A stretch of 63,889 nucleotides of DNA, counting the filler. It is 3 parts of 3 records of this genome, joined end to end, with 100 filler letters (N's around TTAATTAATTAA, not from the genome) between each part and the next. Parts side by side here need not be neighbours in the genome. Positions count along the whole stretch, not along the records: positions 32,096 to 44,513 come from SRR31156797_2253; positions 44,614 to 63,889 come from SRR31156797_2254; 1 more part is not named here. One strand, 5' to 3'. Shown one piece after another: positions 38,458 through 48,641 of this stretch. How positions within the stretch are numbered: the stretch's first letter is position 1; each line of letters begins with the position of its first letter. Under the pieces are notes generated by a model that saw only the letters and a list, made by a program, of their open reading frames with translations, did not search any database and was not told the DNA's origin. Both the position numbers and the translations under genes were made by a program.

Positions 38458-39174
38458 TTAATAGATAACGGTACGGTAATTCTTCATTTCTTTATCCAAC
38501 AATTTGGCTCTGCCTTGTGTTACTTTATTCATCAAGTCCCAAAAGCCTTTCCCATGGTTTTTTTCAACGGTATGACAAAGTTCATGCAGTAATACGCTGT
38601 CAATTAGGTGATCCGGTAAACGCATTAAATGAAGATTCAGATTGATATTATTAACGTGGGAACAGCTTCCCCAACGTGTTTTCAGGTTTTTAATAAATAC
38701 CCGCTTGTATGTAAACCCATGTTTAAGGGCTAATTGATGCAATCGCTGCGGCAGGTAATTTTTAGCAGAAACTCTTAAGGCTTCTTCAATTCCATAACGA
38801 ATATTATCTTGTACGTTAGCCGATTTTACATTTAAATGATGCGGATACTCAATGGTTAAGATCTCATCTTTTAAACGAATGCGCATTTGCGGGCTGGTTG
38901 ATTTCTGAACTTTAAGTGCAAAGGATCGGGTTTTAAAGTGGGTAGTTTCATCGAATATGGTAAGGTCATTCTCTTTTTCTTTCACCTTGGCCATATTTTG
39001 TCTGACCCATTGCTTATTGCTCTCTACAAATTTGAGTGCTTCGCGATGATGCATATGTGTAGGAACGATGACTTTAACAGGTTCGAAAGGTTTTAATTTT
39101 ATCGACAGCCTTTGGGCCCGTTTACTCACCTGAAATAGCACAGGGCCAACTCCGATTATATCGACTAATTCCAT
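38458..39174 (-). CDS. YgjP-like (DUF45/SprT-like) metallohydrolase; start revised to MELVD
   Basis: KTRWGSCS, HELCH..EKNH..GFW. Confidence 0.88.
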   Translation of the reverse strand: MELVDIIGVGPVLFQVSKRAQRLSIKLKPFEPVKVIVPTHMHHREALKFVESNKQWVRQNMAKVKEKENDLTIFDETTHFKTRSFALKVQKSTSPQMRIRLKDEILTIEYPHHLNVKSANVQDNIRYGIEEALRVSAKNYLPQRLHQLALKHGFTYKRVFIKNLKTRWGSCSHVNNINLNLHLMRLPDHLIDSVLLHELCHTVEKNHGKGFWDLMNKVTQGRAKLLDKEMKNYRTVIY

Positions 39175-39397
39175 GCCTGCAAAATAAAAGAAATAAAGAA
39201 GGAATACCATATGAAGAGTAATGATTTTATATCTGTCTCAGAAAACACTTTGAATAGGAGATCTTCATTAATTGCTCTAAACCAGAGGTAATTAATATAA
39301 TAGAAATAGTCTATAAGATATTTTATATATTACTAATATTCTTATATTTGGTAATGCCTTAATTTCATATTGTTGAATACAAAAACTGACTAAACCC

Positions 39398-40123
39398 ATG
39401 AAAAATCAAATGAAAATTCCGCTTAAACACTTACTACATGTAATTAATTCTCTTTTATGTCTACTGTTCATTTCATTTTTATCGTGTGACCAATCTGAAG
39501 ATGTGCCTATAGGACTCGAATTATCTTATGATTGGGTAGAGCTTGATTTTAAAGACTCTGTAGCGACTGGAGTTACATCGCATTCTGATATTTTATATAC
39601 TGTATTAGATCCATTTATAGCTACAGTAAACAATGATTACATAAAAGCCAGGCATGTTGGGAGCACTAAGATAGTTGTGAGTAGTGCTAATATGAGAGAT
39701 ACGATTGAAGTAAATGTAAGATCAAAGCAAAAATTAATTGATTACCCTATTGATAGTTATACCTATGGGAGAGAGTTTTATTATGAAAAGTATTTTAGGG
39801 TAATTATTAGATTACAAACAACCCTCTATTTTGAAGATTATGATACTTATTTGTTCTCAACAACAAATTATTCTAAAGACACAGAGTACTTTATTGAGCT
39901 AAATTTTACTAGTGAAAATACATTAAAAGATGTAAAGTTAATATTCTCAAAAAGTTTATACAATAAAGTATATTACGCACTAATTGAAGATTATGAAATA
40001 TATGAATACTCTGAAGAAAAGTATACTTTAATTAATGCGCTGGAACCTACAGATGCTTCAGAGATAGTAACTTTGAGTTACGATGAAGATAAGTGCTATG
40101 TTAAATATGAACAGCTTAAATAA
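39398..40123 (+). CDS. Hypothetical lipoprotein with an Ig-like (Big_2-like) segment
   Basis: FLSC lipobox, IATV...IKARHVGSTKIVV; very AT-rich. Confidence 0.6.
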   Translation: MKNQMKIPLKHLLHVINSLLCLLFISFLSCDQSEDVPIGLELSYDWVELDFKDSVATGVTSHSDILYTVLDPFIATVNNDYIKARHVGSTKIVVSSANMRDTIEVNVRSKQKLIDYPIDSYTYGREFYYEKYFRVIIRLQTTLYFEDYDTYLFSTTNYSKDTEYFIELNFTSENTLKDVKLIFSKSLYNKVYYALIEDYEIYEYSEEKYTLINALEPTDASEIVTLSYDEDKCYVKYEQLK

Positions 40124-40242
40124 TGATACTGTAAGTGAATCGAATCTTATTTACGTGTACACTGAACAAAGAATTATGATTTTAAACTAATATCAGATAG
40201 TTTGGTATAGCAATTCTTTATTTATGAATGTCAAACCGAGCT

Positions 40243-42558
40243 TTACTTTACCAACACCTTGTTTGTTTGAACACTGCCATCATGATGGATGGTTTTTACA
40301 ATATATATGGCTGCATTGGGAACAGATAGTTCATTATAATCGGAGTTAGCTTGCTGTGTTTGTATTAGTCGGCCTTCCAGGTTAAATACTTCTAGTTTAG
40401 AAACAGCGCCTTGAACACAAATCTTTTGATCTTTACCAGATACCAGAACAGTGCTATTATTTTCAGTTTGTACTGATGTTGTATTTTTATTCTGAAGCTT
40501 AATGACAAAGGTGGTTACAGAGCGTGGTGCGATGTTGAGTACTTCATCAGCTTGTACACTACTTTGTTTTTGCAAGTCGTGAGTTTCATCTGTAATATAA
40601 GGAGTCATCTCAGCTATTTCATACCCATCAGGAATATTTTGAAAAGTTTGATTAACGGTATATGCTGATTCGGACCAATTTACATACACGGCAACCATCT
40701 CACTATTATCAGGTGCCAAATATGCTGAACCCATTAAATCGGCCAGGTTATTGGCTCCGCTTACGCCTATACGTTTGTATCCGGGTCTGATAAAAAAGCT
40801 ATAATTACCGAGTACCCATAAATTCTTATCAGCACTAATGCTTCCTCCCGCGCTTAGGTCGGCATAATCGCCTCCGTTGGGTTGTAGGCGAATCAAATAA
40901 AAACGGTTGTACTGACTCCATCTTTCACGCTCAATGGCCGTCCAGTAATCCCAGGTGCATGCATTGGCAATGGCTAAATCTGCATATATTAATTTTCCGA
41001 GGAACAACGAGTTGGCAAGTTTATCACTACCATGGTAATCATTCATCATACAATACTCGGTTTGATAGAATTCTTTACCAAACTCAAGACTCTTATTGTA
41101 CACATTCTGGCGAACCGATCGCATAGTGGCATCATCTGTTTCTGTCCAGTACGAATGACCTCCAAGACCTTGCATCACAAGAGAATTATCTCCCAGATAT
41201 TCCGATCTTGCATTTGAAAAAAACTTCCAGTACAAATCGCCTTTATCACCATTTCCATTGTCGGAATACATATAACGGTAGTCTGCGGCTTCGGATAGCA
41301 GAATATTGGTAGACAAATCGTTGTTTAGTAAAGCGGTATTTAATTCGCCAACCAACTGGGTGACTTCGGAATTCAACCACGGGCAACCTTCTTGTCCGCT
41401 GCTCCACTCGTATTGAGGTTCGTTTATTGGACTAATTTGACTGAAATGGATGCCTTCATCTTCAAAATGCTTGAGAACATTAGCCATGAAAGTCGCAAAA
41501 TCGCCATAATGATCATCGGCCAGGTTAGTACCGCCATACCTGTCGCTGTTATCGCTGTTGGCACGACCATTTTTTGTATAAAAACGAGGGGGACTATTTA
41601 CAAATGCCACTAGCTGTTCCACGCCATAATCGTTAGCCTGGTTTAAAAACCATTGCTGTCCCGATTGCTTCGTCCAGTTATAACTTCCATCTTCATTTAA
41701 AAAACATTCAGCTCTGCGTTCCGGCATTTCAATATTGGCATTATCACCTTGTTCGGAACTTCCACCACCTATGTTAAAACGCCATCGCGACAAGCCAATA
41801 CCCACAGGATTTCCACTGGCATCCACCGATTTACTAAATAGCTTTTTAGCAATGTCGTTTTTAACAAGAATATTCCAGTAATCTCCAACGGGATCCGTAT
41901 TCCAGGCATCTGAGGCTCCAAATCCCTGCATGGTTTGGTAGATGTTGGCCATATCAAACACTACATTTTTATCCGCACCATTGCTACTTGCCGTTCTTGG
42001 TGTACTGCTATCACTTAAAATAATTTCATCAATATACCCAAAGCTTGAAGTACTATTTAAAATTTGTCCTGAAGGTAAGTTTTCCCATCCGGCATCCGCC
42101 AGCAGATTAATTTGAATAACAGACTGTGCACCGTTTAATTCAAAAACAATATCCTGCCAGATACCTAAATCAGTGTATGAATTGATAGCACGCATATCAA
42201 CACTTCCGCTAGCCCCTGCAGTTTCTGCATCTGTTCGAATAATAATATCCGGTTGTGCATCATACTTTACCATCATATGCAGATATTTTGTCTCGCCCTG
42301 AGCTAGAGTAAAATCCACCGGAAAATATACCATCTCGTACCAATTGGTAGAAGTACGGGATATTTGAGCACAATTAGCTGTGCTGTTTATTCCTTCGCTT
42401 AAAGGATTTTCGCTAGCTGTATATGCTGCACCATATAAAGTACCAACGGCTGGATTTTCGCTCTCAAAATCGTGAAGTACCACATCTTGTGCTATTACAC
42501 AATGAAATGAAATAAGAAAGCTTAGAAGAAGACAATAATATTTATAAGACATCTGCAT
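40243..42558 (-). CDS. Secreted GH30 glycoside hydrolase (subfamily 4-like) with an N-terminal accessory module and a T9SS-like tail
   Basis: QTMQGFGASDAW, GLSRWRFNIGGGS, SPINEP (acid/base), QTEY (nucleophile), GNYSFFIRPG; tail VFNLEGRLI...IYIVK...KVLVK. Confidence 0.9.
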   Translation of the reverse strand: MQMSYKYYCLLLSFLISFHCVIAQDVVLHDFESENPAVGTLYGAAYTASENPLSEGINSTANCAQISRTSTNWYEMVYFPVDFTLAQGETKYLHMMVKYDAQPDIIIRTDAETAGASGSVDMRAINSYTDLGIWQDIVFELNGAQSVIQINLLADAGWENLPSGQILNSTSSFGYIDEIILSDSSTPRTASSNGADKNVVFDMANIYQTMQGFGASDAWNTDPVGDYWNILVKNDIAKKLFSKSVDASGNPVGIGLSRWRFNIGGGSSEQGDNANIEMPERRAECFLNEDGSYNWTKQSGQQWFLNQANDYGVEQLVAFVNSPPRFYTKNGRANSDNSDRYGGTNLADDHYGDFATFMANVLKHFEDEGIHFSQISPINEPQYEWSSGQEGCPWLNSEVTQLVGELNTALLNNDLSTNILLSEAADYRYMYSDNGNGDKGDLYWKFFSNARSEYLGDNSLVMQGLGGHSYWTETDDATMRSVRQNVYNKSLEFGKEFYQTEYCMMNDYHGSDKLANSLFLGKLIYADLAIANACTWDYWTAIERERWSQYNRFYLIRLQPNGGDYADLSAGGSISADKNLWVLGNYSFFIRPGYKRIGVSGANNLADLMGSAYLAPDNSEMVAVYVNWSESAYTVNQTFQNIPDGYEIAEMTPYITDETHDLQKQSSVQADEVLNIAPRSVTTFVIKLQNKNTTSVQTENNSTVLVSGKDQKICVQGAVSKLEVFNLEGRLIQTQQANSDYNELSVPNAAIYIVKTIHHDGSVQTNKVLVK

Positions 42559-42777
42559 GCGATTTATTTTTTGAATTATCTCATGTCGCTATCGATAAAT
42601 AAGGCCAATTCACCGTTCATCCATAACTACAAAAGAGCTACCCACAAAATAAATAGCTTATATGGTAATCCTTTAGTAATAATTAGTCAATCCTTGTGAA
42701 TTTTTCGTCAAAGGGAGCGGAAATAAGAGGTTTGATTGATGATTGTATAAAAACCGAATGATGAAAAATTAAACAGG

Positions 42778-43056
42778 TTAATTTCCAGTTTTTTTTAATC
42801 CGGAGATAATGAAAACTATACCAATGCCAATAGTAATAGTTACAGTAGAATATTTCCCAATGGCTGAAATCAATAGAATAATCAATGAATGAAGTATATT
42901 ACCTGAAGCTGATGCAGGAGAGCTGGAATGGTTTGCATCAGTTAAGGCTATTGCAAACCCTAGAAATATGAAAAAAAGTCCGAAAATAATTTTTCGGTTA
43001 TTGTTTTTTCGAGGATCCTTATATTCTTTATGAGCTGAGAAAAGACTAACTTTCAT
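42778..43056 (-). CDS. Small membrane hypothetical protein
   Basis: 92 aa with 2-3 hydrophobic segments. Confidence 0.5.
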   Translation of the reverse strand: MKVSLFSAHKEYKDPRKNNNRKIIFGLFFIFLGFAIALTDANHSSSPASASGNILHSLIILLISAIGKYSTVTITIGIGIVFIISGLKKTGN

Positions 43057-43118
43057 TTAAATGGATATTTAATAGGAGAATTCTAAAAGCGAAGTTTTAC
43101 TTACGCCCCAGACATGCA

Positions 43119-43787
43119 TTATTTCCTTCCATTAAGTGTGGCGTTAAAAACAATTCCATAGTTATTACCTTTAATTATTTCTTCAGCATCATTTCCCTTT
43201 TGGTTAATTACATTCGTATTATGGTAGTAAACAGCAACACCTAAGCCCCATTTAGGCGATACCCACCATTCTTTGCCTAATTTAATTTGATAGCTAAAGC
43301 CATTTTGGGTAGTAAATTCAATATCCTCGGTTTCATCAAAATATGAAAACCCACCAAAGCCTAATGAGGTTGAAAGAAGGAAGTTATCTTGCGTGTAGTA
43401 GGTAATACCCCCACCAATCATACCTTGGCTAATTGATAGTTTGTCATCAGTTTTTATATTATTAATTCCCCAATCGTTGCTATTCACTGTAGGACCAACA
43501 ACGCCATGACCTAGAAAAGTAGCGTGTAATATGAGGTTTTCGCTGATTGCACCCCCAATTTTAAAATCAAATGCAGCTCCGGGACCAGTATAGCTTGCAA
43601 AGCCATAATTTTTCGAATCAACTTCTATAGATGTGCTATTTAAACCTAAAGCCATAGATAAGTAAAATCCTCGATGTCTTTTCCCGGTATACTGTTTTGG
43701 CATGTGAAACCCCTGGGAGAATGTTATTATACTGAGAGATAATAGTGATAAGGTTAAGAAAGACTTTTTCATGTTTGGTATATTCAT
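43119..43787 (-). CDS. Outer-membrane beta-barrel-like exported protein
   Basis: Signal peptide, HRGFYLSMALG, GKEWWVSPKWGLG. Confidence 0.7.
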   Translation of the reverse strand: MNIPNMKKSFLTLSLLSLSIITFSQGFHMPKQYTGKRHRGFYLSMALGLNSTSIEVDSKNYGFASYTGPGAAFDFKIGGAISENLILHATFLGHGVVGPTVNSNDWGINNIKTDDKLSISQGMIGGGITYYTQDNFLLSTSLGFGGFSYFDETEDIEFTTQNGFSYQIKLGKEWWVSPKWGLGVAVYYHNTNVINQKGNDAEEIIKGNNYGIVFNATLNGRK

Positions 43788-43988
43788 AGTGTTTAAAATA
43801 ATCTTAGGTTTTTGGTTTATTTAATTTCTAATTCGCTCGCAATATACTAATCATAAAATATTATTCCATATTATTTTTTGCTAAGTAAATGTTGAAAACA
43901 GGATGAGAGTAGTAGGTTTTAATGATGAAATCTACCTGATTTCTGTGCAGATGGCCAAAAAACACACAAACAATCTGGCTTCCCTTGT

Positions 43989-44280
43989 AAATATTGGTTT
44001 TAAGATGGTAAACCTTTAGGTGTCTTTTGCTGGTATTGGCTATAAACTCACGTGCGATTAGCTATTCCTGCGCAGTATTGGCTAATTGCAGTCCTGCTAT
44101 TAGGCGTTCCTAAAAAATAATGTCTTGTAGCAACTTACCTGGAGGCAATCCAGATTAGGAATGGTAGTTCGCAGGCTAACTTAGGGGCAATATTCATTGG
44201 GGAAAGTTAACAGTAGGCCTACTTATAGGTAATACTGATTGGGAATGTTTAATCGCAGGTTTACCTGAAGCTAATTTCGA
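43989..44280. repeat. Two degenerate 42-bp tandem arrays in inverted orientation
   Basis: TATTGG recurs at 43992/44034/44076; second-array units start at 44130/44171/44213/44255; 44056-44097 matches the reverse complement of 44213-44254 at 27/42 positions (hand count). Confidence 0.7.
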
Positions 44281-44357
44281 AGTAAAAAAAGATTTGAAAA
44301 GTTAAATAATATGTTTAATTTAGATAAGCTTTGTAAAACCCCCTAAATGTATTTAAA

Positions 44358-44513
44358 ATGTTTACTTCTATTCATTTAAAAAGTTTTAGAAACAACGAGT
44401 TTCTTCAGTTCTTTAACAATGTACTGCAAATACTATCGCAGAAAGACCCCGCTTATCTTAAAGTAGAAGCGCAATACAACGAGCTTAAAGCTTCGGTTGA
44501 TTTAATGAATGCT
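44358..44513 (+). CDS. DUF6261-like protein, N-terminal fragment cut by the contig end
   Basis: SIHLKSFRNNEFLQFFNNV resembles the L..lRn.E..qF start of DUF6261/HagB-like proteins. Confidence 0.55.
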
Positions 44514-44613
44514 NNNNNNNNNNNNNNNNNNNNNNNNNNNNNNNNNNNNNNNNNNNNTTAATTAATTAANNNNNNNNNNNNNNNNNNNNNNNNNNNNNNN
44601 NNNNNNNNNNNNN
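44514..44613. other. Artificial contig linker
   Basis: Identical to the first linker. Confidence 0.98.
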
Positions 44614-44639
44614 TGCTCTACCGACTGAGCTACCTCGGC
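44614..44639 (-). tRNA. tRNA 5' fragment (probably Phe; anticodon not visible)
   Basis: Reverse complement GCCGAGGTAGCTCAGTCGGTAGAGCA. Confidence 0.8.
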
Positions 44640-44654
44640 GCCGCTGAGGAGAGA

Positions 44655-44683
44655 TTACTAACCAAACTGAACACGCTTGGCAA
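44655..44683 (-). promoter_or_regulatory. Sigma70 promoter of the tRNA
   Basis: TTGCCA-N17-TAGTAA on the minus strand. Confidence 0.6.
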
Positions 44684-44707
44684 GTACTTTTTTAAATTTT
44701 TCTGAAT

Positions 44708-46474
44708 TTATTTCAAATTGAGCTTCTCAAGAGCTTCATCTGTGACCAACTCACAAATTCTACGCCCATACTCCGCTTTAAGCTTTTCCATATATTCCGG
44801 ATCAGTTTTGCCTTTCCAAGTTGTTATTTCATTGTAGCGCTTGGGGATGCTGATCTCTTCAGGGTCATAGCCAGTGGCAAAACGTATCTTCCAACGCATA
44901 GCCCGGACTCTTTCCCCGATAAGATCCATATTCTCAGCTATTTCTCCATAGCCAACAGAATTCAAGCATTCCGCAAGGACATCATCCGTGTAAACCCCGC
45001 GTCCAAACAGACAGGAAACCATGGAAGTCAGGAAAGCGCGTCCAGTTTCATCGCTGATCAGGAAGTCGCAAACCTCATCAGCATCCTTACGATCATTTTT
45101 CTGATCCCACGAATAACCACCGGAATCCAGATGAGAATGACGGAACCCCAGCCCTTCAGCCACGTAAAAAGCCTCCCCGGTGGCATATCCAGCCATTTCC
45201 TGACCGAGTACACAAGCGAAGTCCTCACCACCATACTTTGCGGCTGCTACCAGCGAACCTTTGCCCAGCGCAGCATAGAACTCATTTTCCGCATTACTAA
45301 GATATTGCACAGCCTTTTTGTAGCTTTCCGCATCACCGAAAGCGAGAGGCACGATTGTCTCCATTTCGCTGACCAAACCTTTTTCAAATGCTTCAGTAGC
45401 CCATGCAAGAGCCACCCCGCCGGACATGACATCAAGACCGCCCTTTTCCACTTCGTCCATTATACCCAGCACCTGAAAAGCATCAGTAACTCCGAGCATG
45501 GACCCGGTAGCGAAAATAGGTTCGTAATCATAGGCCACCTGACGGTATAGGTATTGGTTATCCTCCATGAATTTTTCACGCACAAAACCGATATGAATAC
45601 AACCCACCGGACATCCAGCACAGGCCGCATTACGCAGCAGAGTGTCGTCGGCAAATTTCTTTCCGGTAATTCCGGTAATCTTTGCATCCTTGGTGGCCTG
45701 CAGGTTGCGCCACGGCAGAGATTCCAGTTCATTAAGCGCATCGAGATTCGCAGCGGTACCAAGATTATGATACTTGCTCATCATGTCAGTAGCGGTCATC
45801 TTCTCGTAAACCTGCTTATAAATCTTGGAATACTCCTTATTTTCCGGCAGAGCGAAAGAACCGTCACCCTGAATAACAATTCCCTTGAGATTCTTGGCCC
45901 CCATAACAGCACCGGAACCAAGCCGCCCGAAATGACGGTAGGTATCCGCATTTATGCAAGCCATGGCAGAAAGCTTCTCTCCGGCAGGACCGATGCGCAG
46001 GATAGACCTGTGCCCTGAGCCGGGAAACATGGAGCGTAATATTTTACCTGTACTGAATACATCTTTCCCAGCCAGAAACTGAACGTCCTTTACTTCCAGA
46101 TGTTTCATGCCAAGAGAAAGGCAAGATAAACGTGGAGCGCGCCCGGTGATGACCAGAGCATCATAGTCCGCAAAACGAATAGCCAAAGCGGAACGGCCCC
46201 CGGCATGGCTCTCAGCAAACTGGTCATGATAAGGAGATTTAAAGGAACAGACCGTCTTGCTCATCAAAGGAAACAGCCCGGTCAGAGCTCCGATGGAAAA
46301 GATAAGCGGCTGATCAGGATCATCCCACGAACGATCCGCATGCCCGTATTTTTCAAAGAGTAAGGCACCAAGTCCGCTGCCCCCGGCAAATTCATTTCGC
46401 CCATCAACCTTGACCACATTTCCTTTGCCGCTGCCCAGATCAACCACAAGGACCCTGAAGTAATCACGTATCAT
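44708..46474 (-). CDS. aor: Aldehyde:ferredoxin oxidoreductase family (W/Mo-pterin)
   Basis: ESHAGG, IGPAGE, GRLGSGAVMGAKNLK, CAGCPVGC, DYE, GLDVMSGG. Confidence 0.92.
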   Translation of the reverse strand: MIRDYFRVLVVDLGSGKGNVVKVDGRNEFAGGSGLGALLFEKYGHADRSWDDPDQPLIFSIGALTGLFPLMSKTVCSFKSPYHDQFAESHAGGRSALAIRFADYDALVITGRAPRLSCLSLGMKHLEVKDVQFLAGKDVFSTGKILRSMFPGSGHRSILRIGPAGEKLSAMACINADTYRHFGRLGSGAVMGAKNLKGIVIQGDGSFALPENKEYSKIYKQVYEKMTATDMMSKYHNLGTAANLDALNELESLPWRNLQATKDAKITGITGKKFADDTLLRNAACAGCPVGCIHIGFVREKFMEDNQYLYRQVAYDYEPIFATGSMLGVTDAFQVLGIMDEVEKGGLDVMSGGVALAWATEAFEKGLVSEMETIVPLAFGDAESYKKAVQYLSNAENEFYAALGKGSLVAAAKYGGEDFACVLGQEMAGYATGEAFYVAEGLGFRHSHLDSGGYSWDQKNDRKDADEVCDFLISDETGRAFLTSMVSCLFGRGVYTDDVLAECLNSVGYGEIAENMDLIGERVRAMRWKIRFATGYDPEEISIPKRYNEITTWKGKTDPEYMEKLKAEYGRRICELVTDEALEKLNLK

Positions 46475-46893
46475 TATGAATCCCTCCTCTGATCTGACTC
46501 GAACATTTCAAGACATTCATGCGGGCAAAATTCAACACACCTGCCACAATGGATGCACACATAGGGACGGTCTTTCAAATCCAGATAAATAGCGTCCACC
46601 GGACAAGCTTCCGCGCATTTGCCGCAGCGGATACAAAGGTCTTTCTTATAGAGAACCCCGCCGCCTTTTTTGCGCCCTCTCATGGCCCCGGTAGGACAGG
46701 CCTCGGCACAGGGTGCCGGGGAGCAGGCCAGACAAACCTTGGCTACAAATCCGGTGGAAAGCCCCCCGGAAGAAGCAATTCTGATTCCTGCGGTATTCCA
46801 TGAGAGCAGCTTGTGCACCAGCCGCGCGCAGGCAAAGGAACAGGAATGGCAGCCAATGCACCGTTCCATACGTGAAGCAGTCAATGTTTTCAT
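46474..46893 (-). CDS. Multi-[4Fe-4S] ferredoxin-like subunit
   Basis: CIGCHSC, CLAC..APCAEACP, CIRCGKCAEACP, CIHCGRCVEFCP; TAATG overlap with aor. Confidence 0.93.
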   Translation of the reverse strand: MKTLTASRMERCIGCHSCSFACARLVHKLLSWNTAGIRIASSGGLSTGFVAKVCLACSPAPCAEACPTGAMRGRKKGGGVLYKKDLCIRCGKCAEACPVDAIYLDLKDRPYVCIHCGRCVEFCPHECLEMFESDQRRDS

Positions 46894-47135
46894 ATTTACT
46901 CCGAAAGTTAGGAAATATTTGAACAGAGCGTATACATTTTTATTACAATTTTGACCCTGAGTTTAGTTTTAACACAACGACAAACATCTACAAACAAAAT
47001 TCATATCCCGGGGGAGCATACTGAAAACAGGCTGACCTGAATTGACAGTTGCAATTTACAATTTATATTTTAAATATGACCCATAGAAATAATCGATAAA
47101 AATATCCTCTCACTCAAGAAAACGGAGGGGGAACT

Positions 47136-47405
47136 ATGAGACTTACCGACTCCCAAATCCGGCAGATGGTCATGGACCTTTACCCGGAAATCGAAAGATT
47201 CAATATCGGCATGTCCACCGAGTTCAACGAAGAACAGGATGCTTGGATCATTACCCTTGAAGACGGCTCCAACTCCCTGTCCACCCACATGGACTCCTCA
47301 TATGTGAGCAGTTGCCTTAACGAACACAATTGCGTTTACTTCACCAACCAGATGATGAATGTAATCGACAATTACTGCTCGGAAAGCGGAACCTGCTCAG
47401 TTTAG
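47136..47405 (+). CDS. Small acidic hypothetical protein
   Basis: SD GGAGG, 89 aa, four Cys in the C-terminal third, own terminator. Confidence 0.7.
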   Translation: MRLTDSQIRQMVMDLYPEIERFNIGMSTEFNEEQDAWIITLEDGSNSLSTHMDSSYVSSCLNEHNCVYFTNQMMNVIDNYCSESGTCSV

Positions 47406-47409
47406 ACCC

Positions 47410-47444
47410 AAAAAAAGGACCAGTCCTCTCGGACTGGTCCTTTT
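47410..47444. terminator. Bidirectional terminator
   Basis: AAAAGGACCAGTCC-TCTC-GGACTGGTCCTTTT. Confidence 0.85.
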
Positions 47445-47470
47445 GATTTCTTCTTTGCGAACATCTTCTA

Positions 47471-48394
47471 CTACTTGAAAGCTTCAGCCTGTTCCAGATT
47501 ACCAACACCCTTTCCTTCGTATTCCTTACCCTTGAGATTAGCCACCAGCAGCTTGGTCAGCACACCTTTGGGGCCAAGCTCGAGAAAGTTGCGTGCTCCG
47601 GCAGTATACTGATTGGATACAATCTCAATCCAGCGTACGGATGAGGTCATCTGCGAACACATGATCTTCTTGATCTCTTCAGGGTTGGATTCAGGTCCGG
47701 CGGTTACATTAAAGTAAACCGGGAATGCGGGAGCATTCCAATCCAGCTTGCCGAGGTAAGCTGCAAATTCATCTGCAGCTTCCTGAATGAGCGGGCTATG
47801 AAATGCGCCACTAACCGGAAGGGGAATGGCACGGCCTTTCTTTTCCTTGATCACGGTTCCGGCGGCTTCAATGGCTGCCTTTTCACCGCTGATCACGTAC
47901 TGAGCCGGGGAGTTGTAGTTAGCAACGCGCAATTCTTTTCCTGTTTCGGAACCGCCGAATTCAACAGCTTCTTCAACTGCAGCCTGATCCAACTTGAGCA
48001 CTGCAGCCATGCCGTGGTCTTCGTTAGCAACCTGAGACATGAGCTTACCGCGCAGGGAAACCGCCTTGATGGTGTCTTCCACAGAAAGAATGCCCGAAGC
48101 ACCGAGAGATGCAAATTCACCAAGGCTGTGTCCGGCAGTTGCCGCAGGCTTAAGGCTTTCCTTGAGATATGACCAAATGGAGAGGTTTACCACGGTCAGA
48201 CCGGGCTGCAGAGCATCAGTCTTGGCCATATCTGCGGCGTCACCTTCCCAGTAAATTTCACGCAGGGGCAGACCTGATTCAGCCTCAGCAAACTTCCACA
48301 TATCCATGGCAGTGGACCATTTTTCAGCAAGATCACGTCCCATTCCGGGTTCCTGAGAACCCTGACCGGGAAAAAGTATAGATAAATCAGACAT
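47471..48394 (-). CDS. fabD: Malonyl-CoA:ACP transacylase
   Basis: LFPGQGSQ, GHSLGEF, VSGAFHS, VRW, ELGP. Confidence 0.96.
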   Translation of the reverse strand: MSDLSILFPGQGSQEPGMGRDLAEKWSTAMDMWKFAEAESGLPLREIYWEGDAADMAKTDALQPGLTVVNLSIWSYLKESLKPAATAGHSLGEFASLGASGILSVEDTIKAVSLRGKLMSQVANEDHGMAAVLKLDQAAVEEAVEFGGSETGKELRVANYNSPAQYVISGEKAAIEAAGTVIKEKKGRAIPLPVSGAFHSPLIQEAADEFAAYLGKLDWNAPAFPVYFNVTAGPESNPEEIKKIMCSQMTSSVRWIEIVSNQYTAGARNFLELGPKGVLTKLLVANLKGKEYEGKGVGNLEQAEAFK

Positions 48395-48641
48395 TTTAAT
48401 TTCTCCTTAAATTGCTGCCGGACAAACGCCGAGCATTATATATGATGAAACCTTGTTTATGTTTTAATAATTACGCACTTTCACGCTGGAAGCGTGCCTA
48501 TAAAAAGCAGATTTAGGGGCGTTGTTCAAGCTCAATCACTATAAATTCACCAACGTATTTAACAGGCGATCTTTATGCCTGCACTATTTTCTTTTTTTTG
48601 CTAATCTGAAATGAAGATTATAGAACTTGCGGAGATCATGA

